DNA of 64,000 bases, from the NCBI RefSeq assembly GCF_009834535.1, contig NC_045698.1:14014001-14078000 (forward strand), given 5' to 3'. Numbering within the stretch: position 1 is the first letter of the stretch; each line of letters opens with the position of its first letter. Positions 28,025 to 41,464 of the stretch are shown piece after piece. This DNA comes from Camelus ferus (Eukaryota). Both the position numbers and the translations under genes were made by a program. Below the pieces are notes generated by a model. That model saw nothing but the letters and a program-made list of their open reading frames with translations, did not search any database and had not been told where the DNA came from.

Positions 28025-29700
28025 ATATGTCCATACTACACAAAGTGATATACAGAGTCAATGCAATCTCTATCTGAATCCCTAAATACCTATAGAAATA
28101 TAAAAGATCATGGATAGTAAAAGTGAGCTTGAACAAGAACAAAAAAACTGGAGGCATCACACTTTCTGATTTCAAAATATATTACAAAACAACAGTAATT
28201 AAAACAGTGTGGTGTTGGGATAAAAACAGATATACCCCAATGGAACAGAATAAAGATCCCAGAAATAAACCAAGACATTCTAGGTAACCACATGCAGAAT
28301 GAAACTGGACTGTTATCGCACATTATATACAAGAAGCATCCCCAAATGGCTTAAAGACTTAAGCTTAAGACCTGAAACTGTAAAGCTACTTAGAAGGAAA
28401 CATAAAGAATGCTTCCTGACATTGGTCTTGGCAATGGTTTTTTTGGATAGGATAACAAAAGCACACATGACAAAAGCAAAAATAGACAGATGGAATTGTA
28501 TCAAACTAAAAAGCTTCTGCACAGCAAAGAAAACAAGCAACAGAGTGAAAAGGCAACATTTAAAATGGGAGAAATATTTGCAAGCCATATATTTGAAATG
28601 AGTTACTATACAAAATACATAAGGCTCTCATGAAACTCTACAGCAAAAAAAAGAAAAAGGAGAGAGAGAGAGAACACCTAAATAGATATTTCTGAAAAGA
28701 AGACATACAAATGGCCAATGAGTAAAAGTGCTCAACATCACTAATCATCAAGACAATGCAAATCAATTGTACAATGAAATATCATGCCACACCTGTCAGA
28801 ATGGCCATTATCAAACAGATAAAAGATAAGAATTGGCCAGAGAGTGGTGAAAAGGGAACACTTACTCACTGTTGGTGGAAATGTAAATTGGCACAGCCAT
28901 TATGAAAAACAGCATAAAGGTTTTTCAAAAAATTTGAAAAAGAACTACTGTATGATCCTGCCACCCCACTTTGGTGAATGTGTATGTATTAAATATATAA
29001 AATGAGACAAAAGATATGATTTCATTTTAGAGGAAATAAAATCACTATCTTGAAGAGATATCTGCACTCACAGGTTACTATTCACAGTAGCCAAATAGAG
29101 AAACAACTTAATTGTCCACTAACAGATGAATGAGTAAAGAAAATGATATAGATACAGATATATTTCAACTTTAAAATAAGAAGGAAATCCTGCCATTTGC
29201 AACAACATGGATGAACTTGAAGAACATTAGACTAAGGAAAATAAGTCAGATACAGAGATAAATACTGCCTTACCTGGCTTATATGTGGAATCTAAAATAT
29301 TCAAACTCATAAAGCAGAGAGTAGAATGGTGGCTGCCAGGGGCGGGTGTAGGGAAAGGAAATAGGGACATGTTCGTCAAAGGGCAAAAAGTTATAGTTAT
29401 GCAAGATGAAGAAGTTCTGGAGACTGAACATACAGCATAGTGACTACAGTGAACAACACTGTATTGTATCCTTGACCCTTGCTAAGAGGGCAGATCTTAA
29501 GTCTTCTCATCATGTGCACATACACATACAGAAAATGGAAGGAGGGCAAAAAATGGTAACTTTGTGAGGTCATGGATATGTTAATAAACTTAATCATGGT
29601 GGTCATTTCACAATGTACACATATATCAAACATCAAGATGTATACCTTAAATACATGGAATTCCTATTTGTCAATTATACCTCTCAATAAAGCAGACAAA
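28025..29700 (+). mobile_element. L1MA8/9-like: ORF2 3' part and 3' UTR, degraded
   Basis: ORF 28299-28601 has L1 ORF2 similarity (KLKSFCTAK); 3' UTR ttgctaagagggcagatcttaag...gtcaattatacctctcaataaagc. Confidence 0.92.
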
Positions 29701-30391
29701 TTAAATTTTAAATAGAAAAATTTTTAAACGCATTTGATGTTTCCTATTTTAAGTAGGAATGCTACCTCTTAGTAAGTGTGGCTGAATGGGCTGATATATT
29801 TGCCAGGCAGGTCAAGGATTCTTGTGCCCCTAAGGGGATGATTGGTTTGCATCAAAAGAAGAACCTTTATGGTAAGAGCTGTTTTATTCTTTTGCTTACT
29901 GGTAAGAGCTGTTTTGTTCTTTTTTATTCCTCTGTTATGTGGATTTTTTGCTTTACTGGGAACTGTTTTCTGCTTCATTCTTGTGCCCCAATGCCCCTAT
30001 GCCCCTATGTGATCCATCCTTAGACAGAAAAAAAAAAATCAAATATTTTACAGTATAATAAAAATACATTTTATTTGTATGCAAAGAAAAGGTTAAAAAA
30101 ATTTCCTTGTTATGAAATCTTTAATTTAACAGTTGCCCAGGTGACTTCCCCAGGTCCTTCCCTGAGTTCTTGTATTTGCAAGGGCTTTTGGAGCCAAATT
30201 ATTTTCACCTTCAGTGTTTGGGGCTATAAACTTGATCTGTCTCTTTCCTCATTAATTACTTTTTAATGTTTTCAATGCTCTGGAATTTTCAGAATCTCTT
30301 ATCCACAGTTGGTAACTTAGCTTGTAATTCTGGTTTATTTTTGAAACATGATATCTTTTTGGGATATACTCTGTGACATGTCAAGGGGACA

Positions 30392-30575
30392 TATATCAGA
30401 AAGAGCAGGTTAAGTTATGTTGCAATAATAATCCCAAATTTCAGAGGCATTAAACAACAAAAGTCGACTTCTCATTCACACTGCTTACTACAGTTGGGCT
30501 AGTGTTATTTTGCTGCAAGTTATCCTGTCCCAGGGACACAACTTCCTGAGCTGCCACCCTCTACAATGTTACTGC
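30392..30575 (-). mobile_element. MLT1 LTR fragment
   Basis: aggttaagttatgttgcaataataatcccaaatttcagaggcattaaacaacaaaag resembles the reverse MLT1 end. Confidence 0.55.
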
Positions 30576-30994
30576 AGAACTTTGTTGACAATGACTCTTG
30601 TGAATTGAAAATACTATGAAATGTTTTGGGAAAACGGCCTTTATGATACAGTGATATAAAATATTTTGTAATTGTTCTTATTCTTTGGCTCATCCACATA
30701 CAACATTTCTTCTCATTTTCTCTGTTGATATACCAAAATAATTCTAAATTGAGATCAAATTATTTAAACATATGATCTAGATCATTTAAAATATAGAAAC
30801 ATAAACATATCACAAGCATGCTACTTTGGCTCTGTATAGACAGGTAAGAGTTTGCAAAGTGCTCGATAATGTAAACCAAAGTATAGACAGTAGAGGCTTA
30901 TTACTCACTAGGCTGATTTTATTATTATTAATGTATCTACATATACAATTATATATAATACTATAAAATATGTATAATTATTATTTTATATATT

Positions 30995-31027
30995 TTATCT
31001 ATCTATCTATCTATCTATCTATATATA
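30995..31027. repeat. (TATC)n microsatellite
   Basis: tatctatctatctatctatctatctatatata. Confidence 0.9.
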
Positions 31028-31996
31028 GTTCTAAAGACTGCAAATTAAACCTGGTGGAAGAGGTTTATGAAATGTTGCTTGGAATCACTCAGTTTTCCAT
31101 GGCTTTGTCAGTTGCCATCTCAGTAGCTGTTTTAATCACACAGACGCTATCAGAGTGTAAATTTAGTTACAAAACAATTCCAGGCTGCTGCTCTTACATC
31201 CCTTTGCTGAAAGGACAATACAAAAATACTCCTAATCAATCAATCTTGTCATTAATTGCATTTATCTTATAGAATATTTTAAATTAGAGAAGTAAAACAT
31301 GATCTTAGTAAGAAAAATAAATACAACTCCTGTGCCATTAGCCTTAAAAAAAGCAATCTTAACAGAGACATGTCTCTCCATAACTATACCTGCACTCATT
31401 CAAAGGTCTATCTGGTTGTTATGGACATACTAAACAGGACTCTATACAATTTTTTCTGCACCTAACAACACGTTATGGACATTTCCAGGCCAACTAGGTA
31501 AATATAATTTTAATAGCTACATAACATTCCACATTGTTCACTGATGAATATTTAGATTATTCTAGTTGTGTTACTTTCTATTGTAGCACAAGTTACCACA
31601 AACAGTTGGTTAAAAAAAAAATCACATATTCTTATGTTTGTGCTTGGTTCTACCTTGCTATATATACATGCAATGCTGTGATAAACTTTCAGAGAAGTGA
31701 TCCCCTTCAAAAGGAGCATGAGATTTCCAATATTCTGTGGCACTTCAGTGTGACACAGCAGTGGAAGATTTAAAGAGCTCATTTAGTGAGACTTACATAA
31801 TGAACTCATCAGTGAGACTGGGGAAACATTCCATTGTGATGGTGCAGGTAAATGGAATCATGGATTGTGTGGTTACTTTGCCAAAAATAGTTCATTGTGC
31901 TACTAAAAATTCAATACTAATTTTCTTCCATGAAAAAAGTCAATGGCAGAGTTGCATTAGGATTGATTAGTTGAAATTTAATAGTAGAAATATACT

Positions 31997-34900
31997 GGAG
32001 TCCAGATCAAGACAGCAGAGTATGAAAGTCCTGAGTACCCCTCCTCCCATGGACACACTAAAACTATAACTACATACAGAACAACTCCTCTGAGGACAGC
32101 ACGAAGACCAGCAGAACAGCTTTTCTACAACTAGGGACATAAAGAAAAGGCCATCATTGAAATGGTTGGAGGGGCAGAGACACAGTCTAGTCAGAACCCA
32201 CACCCGCAGTGTGGCAATCCACAAGTGGAAGGGGTATCACACAGCAAGAGTCCCTCCCTGAGGTCTGAACCGCACGTTAGACTCTCCAATCTAGGGGATC
32301 TGCACCAAGACCGGTCCCTACAATGTATGGATTTGAAAGCAAGGGGGCTCATGTCTAGGAGAGCCAGAGGGCTGCTGGAAACTGAGACATTACAATGAAG
32401 AGCTCACATACAAACTCACTCACTCCAAGTCCTAGTGAAGAGGCAGCAGCTTAAAAAGTGCCCAGGTCATATGAGAAGGAGATTCATTGATTTATTTTAG
32501 GACATTTGCCAAAGAAGCAGGAAGCTGATGGAACTTTCTCCAGGGACAGGATTGCTGGTAGGTACCTTTTATTTTTTTAACACTCTTTTCACAAAGCTGG
32601 CCCAGAGCTAGTGAGCACCATTTTTGTCACTCTCCATTAACCTAGCCAATACCATATGACCTGCACTGGTGTTCCTTGAAGACTGGTACCAGCAGCCCAT
32701 CCCATCAGCTCCCACACTGCCCTCCCAAATTTGTGGCCTCAGCTTCCACCAGTCTTTCCAAAGTAGCTCCCACCTGGGGAGACAGACTGAAGCAATTATA
32801 GTGGGGCCTCACAGCCAGCAGTGTCAGGGTTCAGCTCCAGTGCATCAACACGTTCATAGGTGTTGTAATCACACCTTTCAGCTAGACAAGCTGGGACCAG
32901 CCTAACCTACCAGCGTGCCTAAAAAAGTCATGGCTGGGCCTGACACATGGCCAGGCAGGGGGCAGTCCCACCCATCCGTGCACCAACAGCAGTTGCAGCC
33001 CAACCACAAGAGAAGGGCACCAGCAGCCCACGTGGGATATCCTTAGAGCACCTGTCTCTGGTGACCAAGGGGGATTGTGTCACTGGGCCCCAAAGGACAC
33101 CTTCCAATAAAGCCACTCTTTCAAGACTGGGAGATGGTGATAATATATCTAATACACATAAAAACAAACACAGAGACTTAGACAAAATGAGGAGACAAAT
33201 ATTTTTCAAAAGAAAGAACAGCAGCAACAAAGCTCAGAAAACTAACTAAATAAAGTGGAGATAAGCAATTTATCAGATAAAGAGTCCACAGTAATAGTTA
33301 TAAAGATGCTGACCAAGCTTGGGAGAAGAATGGCTGAACTTAGTGAGAACTTTAAGGATAAAAAATATTAAACAAAATTCATAATTGAGAAATATAATAA
33401 CTAAAATGAAAAATACACTAGAAGGAATCAAATGCAGATTAGAAGATGCAAAAGAATGGGTCAGCAACCTGGAAGATGGAATAATAGTGGCAATCACCCA
33501 ATCAGAAAAAAAGAGAAAAGAAAGAAAAATGAGGCTAGCTTAAGGGACCTCTAAGACAACATCAAGCATACAAAAATTTGCATGTTTGGGGTCCCAGCAT
33601 ATGAAGAGAGAGAGAAAGGGACAAAAAACTCACTTGAAGAAAACTTCTCTAACCTGGTGAAGGAAAAAGACATCCAAATCCAGGAAGCACAGAGTTCCAA
33701 ATAAATTGAATCCAAGGAGACTCACACCACTCGCACCAAGACACATTATAATTAAAATGTCCAAAGTAAAAAATAAAAAGACTCTTAAAAGCAGAAAAAC
33801 AACAAGTTATATATAAATAACCCCTCATAAGACTATTAGTTGATTGAGTAGAAACTTTACAGGCCAGAAAGGACTGGCACAATATATTTGAAGTGCTAAA
33901 AGGAAAAAGAAAAAAAGAAAAACAAAAAACTTACAACCAAGAATACTTTATCTGGAACAGGGAAACCACAAATCAAAAACATACAATAGAGTCACAAAAG
34001 TCAAAAACAAGAGAATTCAAGCATAATACAAAAGAAAATCAGCAAACCAGAAAAGGAAGAACAAAAAGAAAGGAATAAAAATAAATACAAAATCAACTGG
34101 AAAACAAGGTTTAAAATGGCAATAAATATATATTTATCAATAATTACTTTAAATGTCACTGGGCTAAATGCTCCAATCAAAAGGCATAGAGTGGCAGATT
34201 GGATAATAAAATAAGAGCCTACAATATGCTGCCTACAAGAGACCAACTTTAGGACAAAGGATACACATACACTGAAAGTGAGGGGATGGAAAAAATATTT
34301 TATGCAAATAGAAATGACAAGAAAGCAGAGGTAGCAATACTCATTGGACAAAACAGACTTTAAAATAAAGGCCACAAAGAAGATAAAGGACACTACATAC
34401 TGATAAAAAAGATCCATACAAGAAGAGGATATTACACTTGTTAACATATATGTCCCCAATATAGGAACATCTAAATACATAAAATAAGCACTAACAGACA
34501 TAAAGGGAGAAACTGATGGGAATGCAATAATAGTAGCAGATTTTAACACCCCATTAACATTAATGGATAGATCTTCCAGATAGAAAATCAATGAGGCAAC
34601 AGAGATACTAAGAGACACAAGAGAAATAGAATAGTTAGATTTAATTCATATTTTCAGGACATTACATCCAAAAAAAATCAGAATATGCATTTTTTCAAAC
34701 ACACACAGAACATTCTCTAGGACAGATCACATACGAGGACACAAAACAAGCCTCAAGAAATTTAAGAGGATAGAACTTATTTCAAGCATCTTTTCTGACC
34801 ACAATGGCGTGGAACTAGAACTCAACCACAGGGGAAAAAAAAAAGGAAAAAAGAAAAAAAAAGAAAGAAAGGAAGGAAAGAAGAAAGGAAGAAAGAAAGG

Positions 34901-36840
34901 AAGAAAGAAAGGAAGAAAGGAAGAAAGGAAGAAAGAAAGGAAGAAAGAAAGGAAGAAAGAAAGAAAGAAAGAAAGAGCGAACGAACGAACTACATGGAGA
35001 CAACAACATGTCACTAAAAACCCAATGGGTCAAAGATGAAATCAAAGAGAAAATTTAAAAAACACCTTAAAACAAATGACAATGAGGACACAACCACACA
35101 AAATCTATGGGATGCAGCAAAAGCAGTCCTAAAAGGAAATTGCATAGTGATACAGGTGTTCCTCAAAACACAAGAAAAATCTTAAATAAACAACCTAACC
35201 TACCATCTAAAATAATTAGAATGATAAGAACAAACAAAACCTAAAGTCAGCAGAAGAATAAATATTAATAATCAGAGAGGAAATAAATAAGATAGAGATC
35301 AAAGAAAACAATAGAAAAAAATCAATAAAACTAAGGGCTGTTTTTTAAAAGAGTAAACAAAATCAATAAACCTATGGCCAGGCTCACTAAGATAAAATGA
35401 GAGAGAACCCAAAGAAACAAAATAAGAAATGAAAGAGGAGAAATTACACAGGATACCACAGAAATGTCCACAGAAATATGAAAAAAAACCACAAAGGCAT
35501 ACTATGAATAATTATATGAAAACAAATTGGGCAACCTAGAATAACTTAATACAGATCATTCTCAAACTTCTCCAAAAGACTGCAGAGAAGGGAACACTCC
35601 CAAACTCATTCTATGAAGCCACCATCACCCAGATAACTAAAACCAGACAAAGACATTAACAAAAAAAGAAATTTACAAGGCAATATTTTTGATAAATATA
35701 GATGCAAAAATTATCAACTAAATATTAGCAAACTGAATTCAACAACACATAAAAATGATCAAACACTACGATCAAGCTGGATTCATCTCAGTATCACAAG
35801 GATGGTTTAACACATGCAAATCAATCAATGTCATACCACATCAACAAGAGAAAGAACAAAAACCACCTGATCATCTCAATAGATGTAGAAAAGGCATTTC
35901 ATAAAATTCAACATCGATTTATGATAAAAACTCTTACCAAAGTGGGTATAGAGGGAACATATCTCAACATAATAAAAGCTATGTATGACAAACCCACAGC
36001 CAACATAATACTCAATGGTGAAAAGTTGAAAGCTAAAATCTGGAACAAGACAGGATGGCCACTCTCACCACTTATAGTCACATAGTATTGGAAATCCTAG
36101 CCATAGCAATCAGACAAAAAAAGAAATAAAATGGATCCAAATTGCAAGAGAAGAGGTAAAATTGTCACTATATGTAGATGACATGATACTGACTATAGAA
36201 AATCCTAAATATGCCACACAAAAACTACTAGAGCTGATAAATGAATTCAGCAAGGTAACAGGATAAAAGATTAGCATACAGAAATCTGTTGCATTTCTTT
36301 GCACTGACAATGAAATAACAGAAAACAAAAGTTAAAAAAAAATCCCTTTTAAAATTGTATCAAAAAATACCTAGGAATAAACCTGACTAAGGAGGTGAAA
36401 GACTTAGCAGCAGAGAATACAAAACACTGATTAAAAGAATTAAAGATAATATAAAGAAATGTGAAGATAGCCCATGCTCTTGGATTGGAAGAGTTAATAT
36501 TGTTAAAATGGCCATGCTACCCAAAGCAACCTACAGATTTAACACAATCCTTATCAAATTACCCGGTATATTTTTGACAAAGCTGGAACAAATAATCCTC
36601 AAATATATATGGAATCACAAAAGACCCAGAATTGCCAAAGCAATACTAAAGAAAAAAAAAAAGAAAAAATGAAGCTGGGGGCACAACTCTCCCAGACTTC
36701 GAACACTGTTACAGTTACAGTAATCAAAACAGCATGGTATTGACACAAAGATATATGGATCAATGGAACAGAATAGAAAGCACAGAAAAAAAAAACCCAC
36801 ACCTACAGTCAATTAACCTTTGACCAAGGTGGCAAGAATG
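31997..36840 (+). mobile_element. Long degraded L1: 5' UTR, ORF1 remnant (about 33180-33955), ORF2 remnant (about 34117-36840); 3' end missing
   Basis: 5' end agatcaagacagcagagta; ORF1-like aaaatgaggagacaaa; endonuclease start ttaaatgtcactgggctaaatgctccaatcaaaagg; reverse transcriptase tatgtagatgacatg; many stops; internal deletions near 33955 and 35540. Confidence 0.93.
34835..34990. repeat. Compound (GAAA/GGAA)n polypurine tract inside L1 ORF2
   Basis: About 145 bp of only A/G, followed by (GAAC)n. Confidence 0.95.
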
Positions 36841-37484
36841 CACCTTTAATTCCCTTAATTAATGTTTTATATTCTCTGCTTGGTAAGTCTTTCACCCCCT
36901 TGGTTTGCTCTGTATTCCCATTTCCTACACTGAGAGGTACATAAATGAAAACCAATTTTTTGGATATACTTTAAAAAACATAATGTGCAGATTTACTTTT
37001 TGTAAACTAGATCCAACCTGTGGTGAAATAATTTATCTGTTCTTGTGAAGTCCTTTCTATTTTGAATTGATCCCTTTTATTAGGGGATTCTGAGGCTAGT
37101 CTACTCTCATAAGAAGTAAATATAGAAACTAAGGAATCTGAAGTAGCTTAAAATGCAATCTGGTAGGTCACATCAATCATTAAAAAAAGTGATAAAGTAA
37201 ATTGACTTTGTGGTCCTTCTTGACTTTACAAAAACAAAGGTAATTATTCATAGGAAAACAAAAGGAATCATTACTTCATAAAGCAATACAAAGTTTTTTT
37301 ACCAGATATCAGAACAACGATGTTCAAAAAATTAACAGACTATATTTCTACAAACTCTTTCCCGCGACATAAGTGTAGGTTGAAAAGTTTGACGTGCAAT
37401 CATTCAATAAATACTTACAGAATATTGTTTCAACTGATGTATTTACAGTAATAGAATACAGCAAAAGTAAAGTAGAACTTCTAA

Positions 37485-38479
37485 ACCTTCTCTTCAAAAA
37501 ACCTGGAAGCTTCTGCTCTCACTCTCTTGAAATGCTGCCCTAATACTGAATGTGACATATTTCTCCCATTTCATAGGTTAATTTTGTTGATCATTTACTT
37601 TGCTGTGCAGAAATTTTAAAGTTCAATGTAGCCCCACTTGTTTATTATTGCTTTTGATGTCAAATTTTAAAAAATCATTGCCGAGATTGATGTCAAGGAG
37701 TTTACCCCTTATGTTTTCTTCTAGGAATTTTATGGTTGCAAGTCTTAGGTTCAAGTATTTAATCCGTCTTGAGTTGATTTTTACATACAGAGCAATTCAG
37801 GGGTCCAAATTCATTCTTTTGCATGGAGATGTCCAGTTTTCCCAACCCCATTTATTGAAGAGACTATACTTTCCCCATTATATATTCTCAGTTATTTTAT
37901 CAATAACTAAATAACCATATACACGTGGGTACTTCCAGGCTCTTTATTCTGTTCCACTGATCCATATGTTCATTTTTATGCCATGTACTGTTTTGATCAG
38001 TACAGCTTTATAATACAGTTTGAAATCAGGAAATATGAATCCTCTACCATTACGTTTTCTTATGATTGCTTTGGGTATTTGGAGTCTTTTGAGGATCTAT
38101 ACAAATTTTAGGATTGTTTCGTTCTGTGTCTGTGAAAAATGCCATTAGAATTTTAATAGGGATTGTATTTAATTTGCCAATTGCTTTAGGTAGTATGGAT
38201 ATTTTAACAATATTAATCTTTTCAATCCATGAACACAGAATATCTTTCCATTTATTTGGTCTTCTTCATTTTATTTCCTCAATATCTTACTGTTTTCAGC
38301 ATACAGATTTTTCACCTACTTGGTTAAATTTATTCCTAAGTATTTTATTCTTTTTGATTTTATTGGAAATAGGATCATTTTCTTAATTTCTCTTTCTGAT
38401 GGTTCATTGTAAAATGAATGATATCTTGAGCCAGCAAATTGTGGCTTGGTTTGTTATAATACAAAAGCTAACTGACACA
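37485..38479 (+). mobile_element. MLT1 LTR pieces (about 37485-37553 and 38411-38479) split by an L1
   Basis: agcttctgctctcactctcttgaaatgctgccct on the left; ggtttgttataatacaaaagctaactgacaca (MLT1 end) on the right. Confidence 0.6.
37554..38410 (-). mobile_element. L1 ORF2 internal fragment (L1MA-like)
   Basis: tttgctgtgcagaa...ttttcttctaggaattttatggtt...ggtagtatggatattttaacaatattaatc...ttaaatttattcctaagtatttt. Confidence 0.9.
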
Positions 38480-40412
38480 GAAGAAAAAGTATGAGAAGAA
38501 AACTAAGAATAAAAAAAAACTTACGAATCTTAGAAACATCTGTCCAATTTATGATTTATCAGTTGTCCTATGTGATTCTTCATACACACTCTAACTTAAC
38601 TTTGTAGCACTGTAGTGTCTGCCTCACTTTACTGACATTATCTCATTCTGAAGCTATGCCCCAGGGAAATAATTTTAAAATGGCTACTAGAATCCTGGAA
38701 GATAGCCAGGTGAAGCTCCCAAGGTGTTTGAGCAGAACTAAATCAGTTCCCCAACAAGAAGCACAATAAAATCAGCACAGCTGGTGTCTCTTCTGGTTGC
38801 TTTGCAACAAAGAACACAGCTGCAAATGGAAACAGGTCTGGGGTTTAGAGATTGGACGAGAACAAAGAAAACATGAAAAAAAATTAGGGATGTTGTAATA
38901 CATCTCCCAAGGCAAGGAACCTTGCAGAATTTAAGAGTCATATGGTAAAATTCATCTTCTCCTTATATGCCAAATTAAGTTTTAGTACTCCATTGGAATT
39001 AAAGTTCATAAGTTATATATTCATAATTTTCATATAATACTTTGTTCTCTCTCCAATAAATCAAAAACCCATATTCCTATAATTCCAAGTTTTAAAATGC
39101 TTTTAAATAATGTTAATTATAGGTATATTTTATTAACATACAGAAGAGAATAGGTCAAGATTTATATACTTCCTTATAAATACGTTTCTGTGAAAAACAT
39201 AGAAGATGTAAAATTTATTTTCAAGCAAATTGGATTGCGATCTGGAATGGTTTTCTTTGAAACAATTTCTATATCTAAAGCAATTTTTTGAAAATTTAAA
39301 GGTGTTGCAAGACATCCAAATTTAAATTGGTACTACAATCTCCTGATTCCACGTAAAAGCAAGACTAGAACTGCAGAAATTTGGGTAACTTACATACAAA
39401 TAGAAGAGACAAAATTACTTTTTTTTTTTTTACTGTTTTTAAAAAGAGATCTACCAAAACACACAATTTAAAAAAATTTACTACCTTTTTTATGGTAAAA
39501 TAATATATGTCATGGCAATCCTGCTAAATGTCTTAAAACACTTAAGAGTGCCCTTTCCGTCTGAGAATGGCAATGCTATTTACAAGTAAGATTATATTCA
39601 TTCTATCTTTATTTCCAAAAAGCCCCATGGGCTCCTGAACACTGACTCCAAAAACTGGAATAATTTCATCACAGGGTTATTTTCCTCTTTGTGCAATGAT
39701 AATAATATTAACCTTTCATATTCTTAGGACTCAGTTTTGAAAAACTTAGACATTTAATTAAAAAAAAATAGAAAACCAAATGTATAAATTACTTCTATAG
39801 AATAATTGACAGGAGGTGGTAAAGTCATTAAGGCTGGAATGGTAATAAACCACATATCACAGAAAATAAAAAATGTTAAATGTGTACAAGTCTCTTCATA
39901 GTCCTATCAGGTTACATTTGCCCTCTATAATATAATATCATTCTGTCCACAAATATTCACTTTGTTAAATGCAGTCACATTTTTAGATAAGTTTAAAAAA
40001 GCAATATGACAGCTTACTAGACACCCATCATAATTCAAATGGTCCTTTTCTAAATCAATGCTATAAAAACAGACAGATTTTTTTTTTAAATTAGAACTAT
40101 GACTCTCAAGTAGCCATGCTGTTACTTTTCTTTCTGTGAGCACGAATAACCTAACTTTAGTCAATGGTTTTCCTCTCTGATTTTATAGTGTTATGTATTT
40201 AAATATGGCAACTAATATCTAAACATGAAAATTGCCTCCCTGTGCAGATTGAATTGGTTTTGGTCATAAAATATATGGCATGAGCATTTTAACACTATGT
40301 GATCCTCTTTGGTAGTGACTCTAAATTTAACAAATATAATTTCTTCCATTCATGTTTATAATTTGAATTTTTTTTCATTCTTTTATCTTGAATGTTATTT
40401 TTGGGGGGGGGG

Positions 40413-40636
40413 CAGTGATTCTCAAAAGCAATTTTGGCCTCCAGAGATCTTTTGACAATGTCTGAAGACATCACAACATGGCAGCACTGGGAGGGATACT
40501 ATTGGAATCTAATGGGGAAAGAAGAGAGCAGGGATGCTGTTAAATATCCTATAATGCACAGGACAGTCCCCCCCACCCCCAAAACAAATAATTATTCAGT
40601 CCAAAATGTCAATAGTGGCACGGCTGAAAAACTCTT
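40413..40636 (+). mobile_element. MER20 (hAT-Charlie MITE)
   Basis: cagtgattctcaa...gacaatgtctgaagaca...cagggatgctgttaaatatcctataatgcacaggacag...ccaaaatgtcaatagtg. Confidence 0.9.
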
Positions 40637-41464
40637 TTTTAGAGGGATATGATTCCCTTGATAATAGTTGAAATTACGTGGTGTATATAAATCAAAGAGA
40701 TAAAGAAAAACCCTATATTATAACATGCACCAAAAACCACTGCAATTTTCTTTTTGTCTCTTTGTTAAAACATCCAGAATGCCACTGACTCTGTCTGCTG
40801 ATTATTACTCACTGACAAGACACATACAACGACATTACACTTCTCTCGCCAGCAACACAACACACAGCAATTACTCGGAAGGCTCCATGACTATTTCTTA
40901 GCATCGTAGATACACAAGAAACAATAATCTGATAAAAACTTGCACGACCAGGAAGTCTCTGGTGTTGCCTTCTCTTGCCTTCTCTGTATTCTCATAGCAC
41001 ATTTTGCAAAACTCTATAGGGAATCCATCATTTGCATGGTAATCCTGTTTACTCGCCCTTAACCACACAAACACGTGCATACATGTATACACGCTAAACT
41101 ATATAACCCCACAGTGAAGAGAGAGGAGCATTTTTCTTCATATGTGCTCTATGTAATATGTATCTTTTTTCCCCTTGTCTAACTGACAACCCTTGATACG
41201 TTATGTAAGATTCAGAGGACGTCTTCTCTAGTCTGCAAGCTGGGCTCCCTGTTCAACCCTATGGCTCCTCTATTTTTTTGCTTAACAAACGCCATATTGA
41301 AATTTTCTGTTTATATGTCTGCAGCCTGCTCAAGTTTAGGGACCTTGTTTTATTTACTGTTTTATTACTAGCCACTATTACAGTTCTCAGCACATTAAAT
41401 GCCTTCACTCTCTCTCCTTCTTTCCAGAAAGAATTGGAGAGATAAAAGGGAAGAATTCTTTTTT

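Noticed and set aside
29870..29925. CRISPR-like repeat
   Set aside because: Only two copies, no spacers, eukaryotic context.
34001..34618. 205-aa hydrophobic minus-strand ORF (also 48640-48996 and 49811-50131)
   Set aside because: Antisense frames of A-rich L1 ORF2, a common artefact.
34727..35045. Lys/Arg-rich and Phe/Leu-rich ORFs
   Set aside because: Translations of the GAAA microsatellite.
36305..38410. Adjacent opposite-strand L1 pieces as one twin-primed inversion
   Set aside because: They overlap the same ORF2 region, look like different subfamilies, are separated by ~700 bp of other sequence, and the minus piece sits inside an MLT1.
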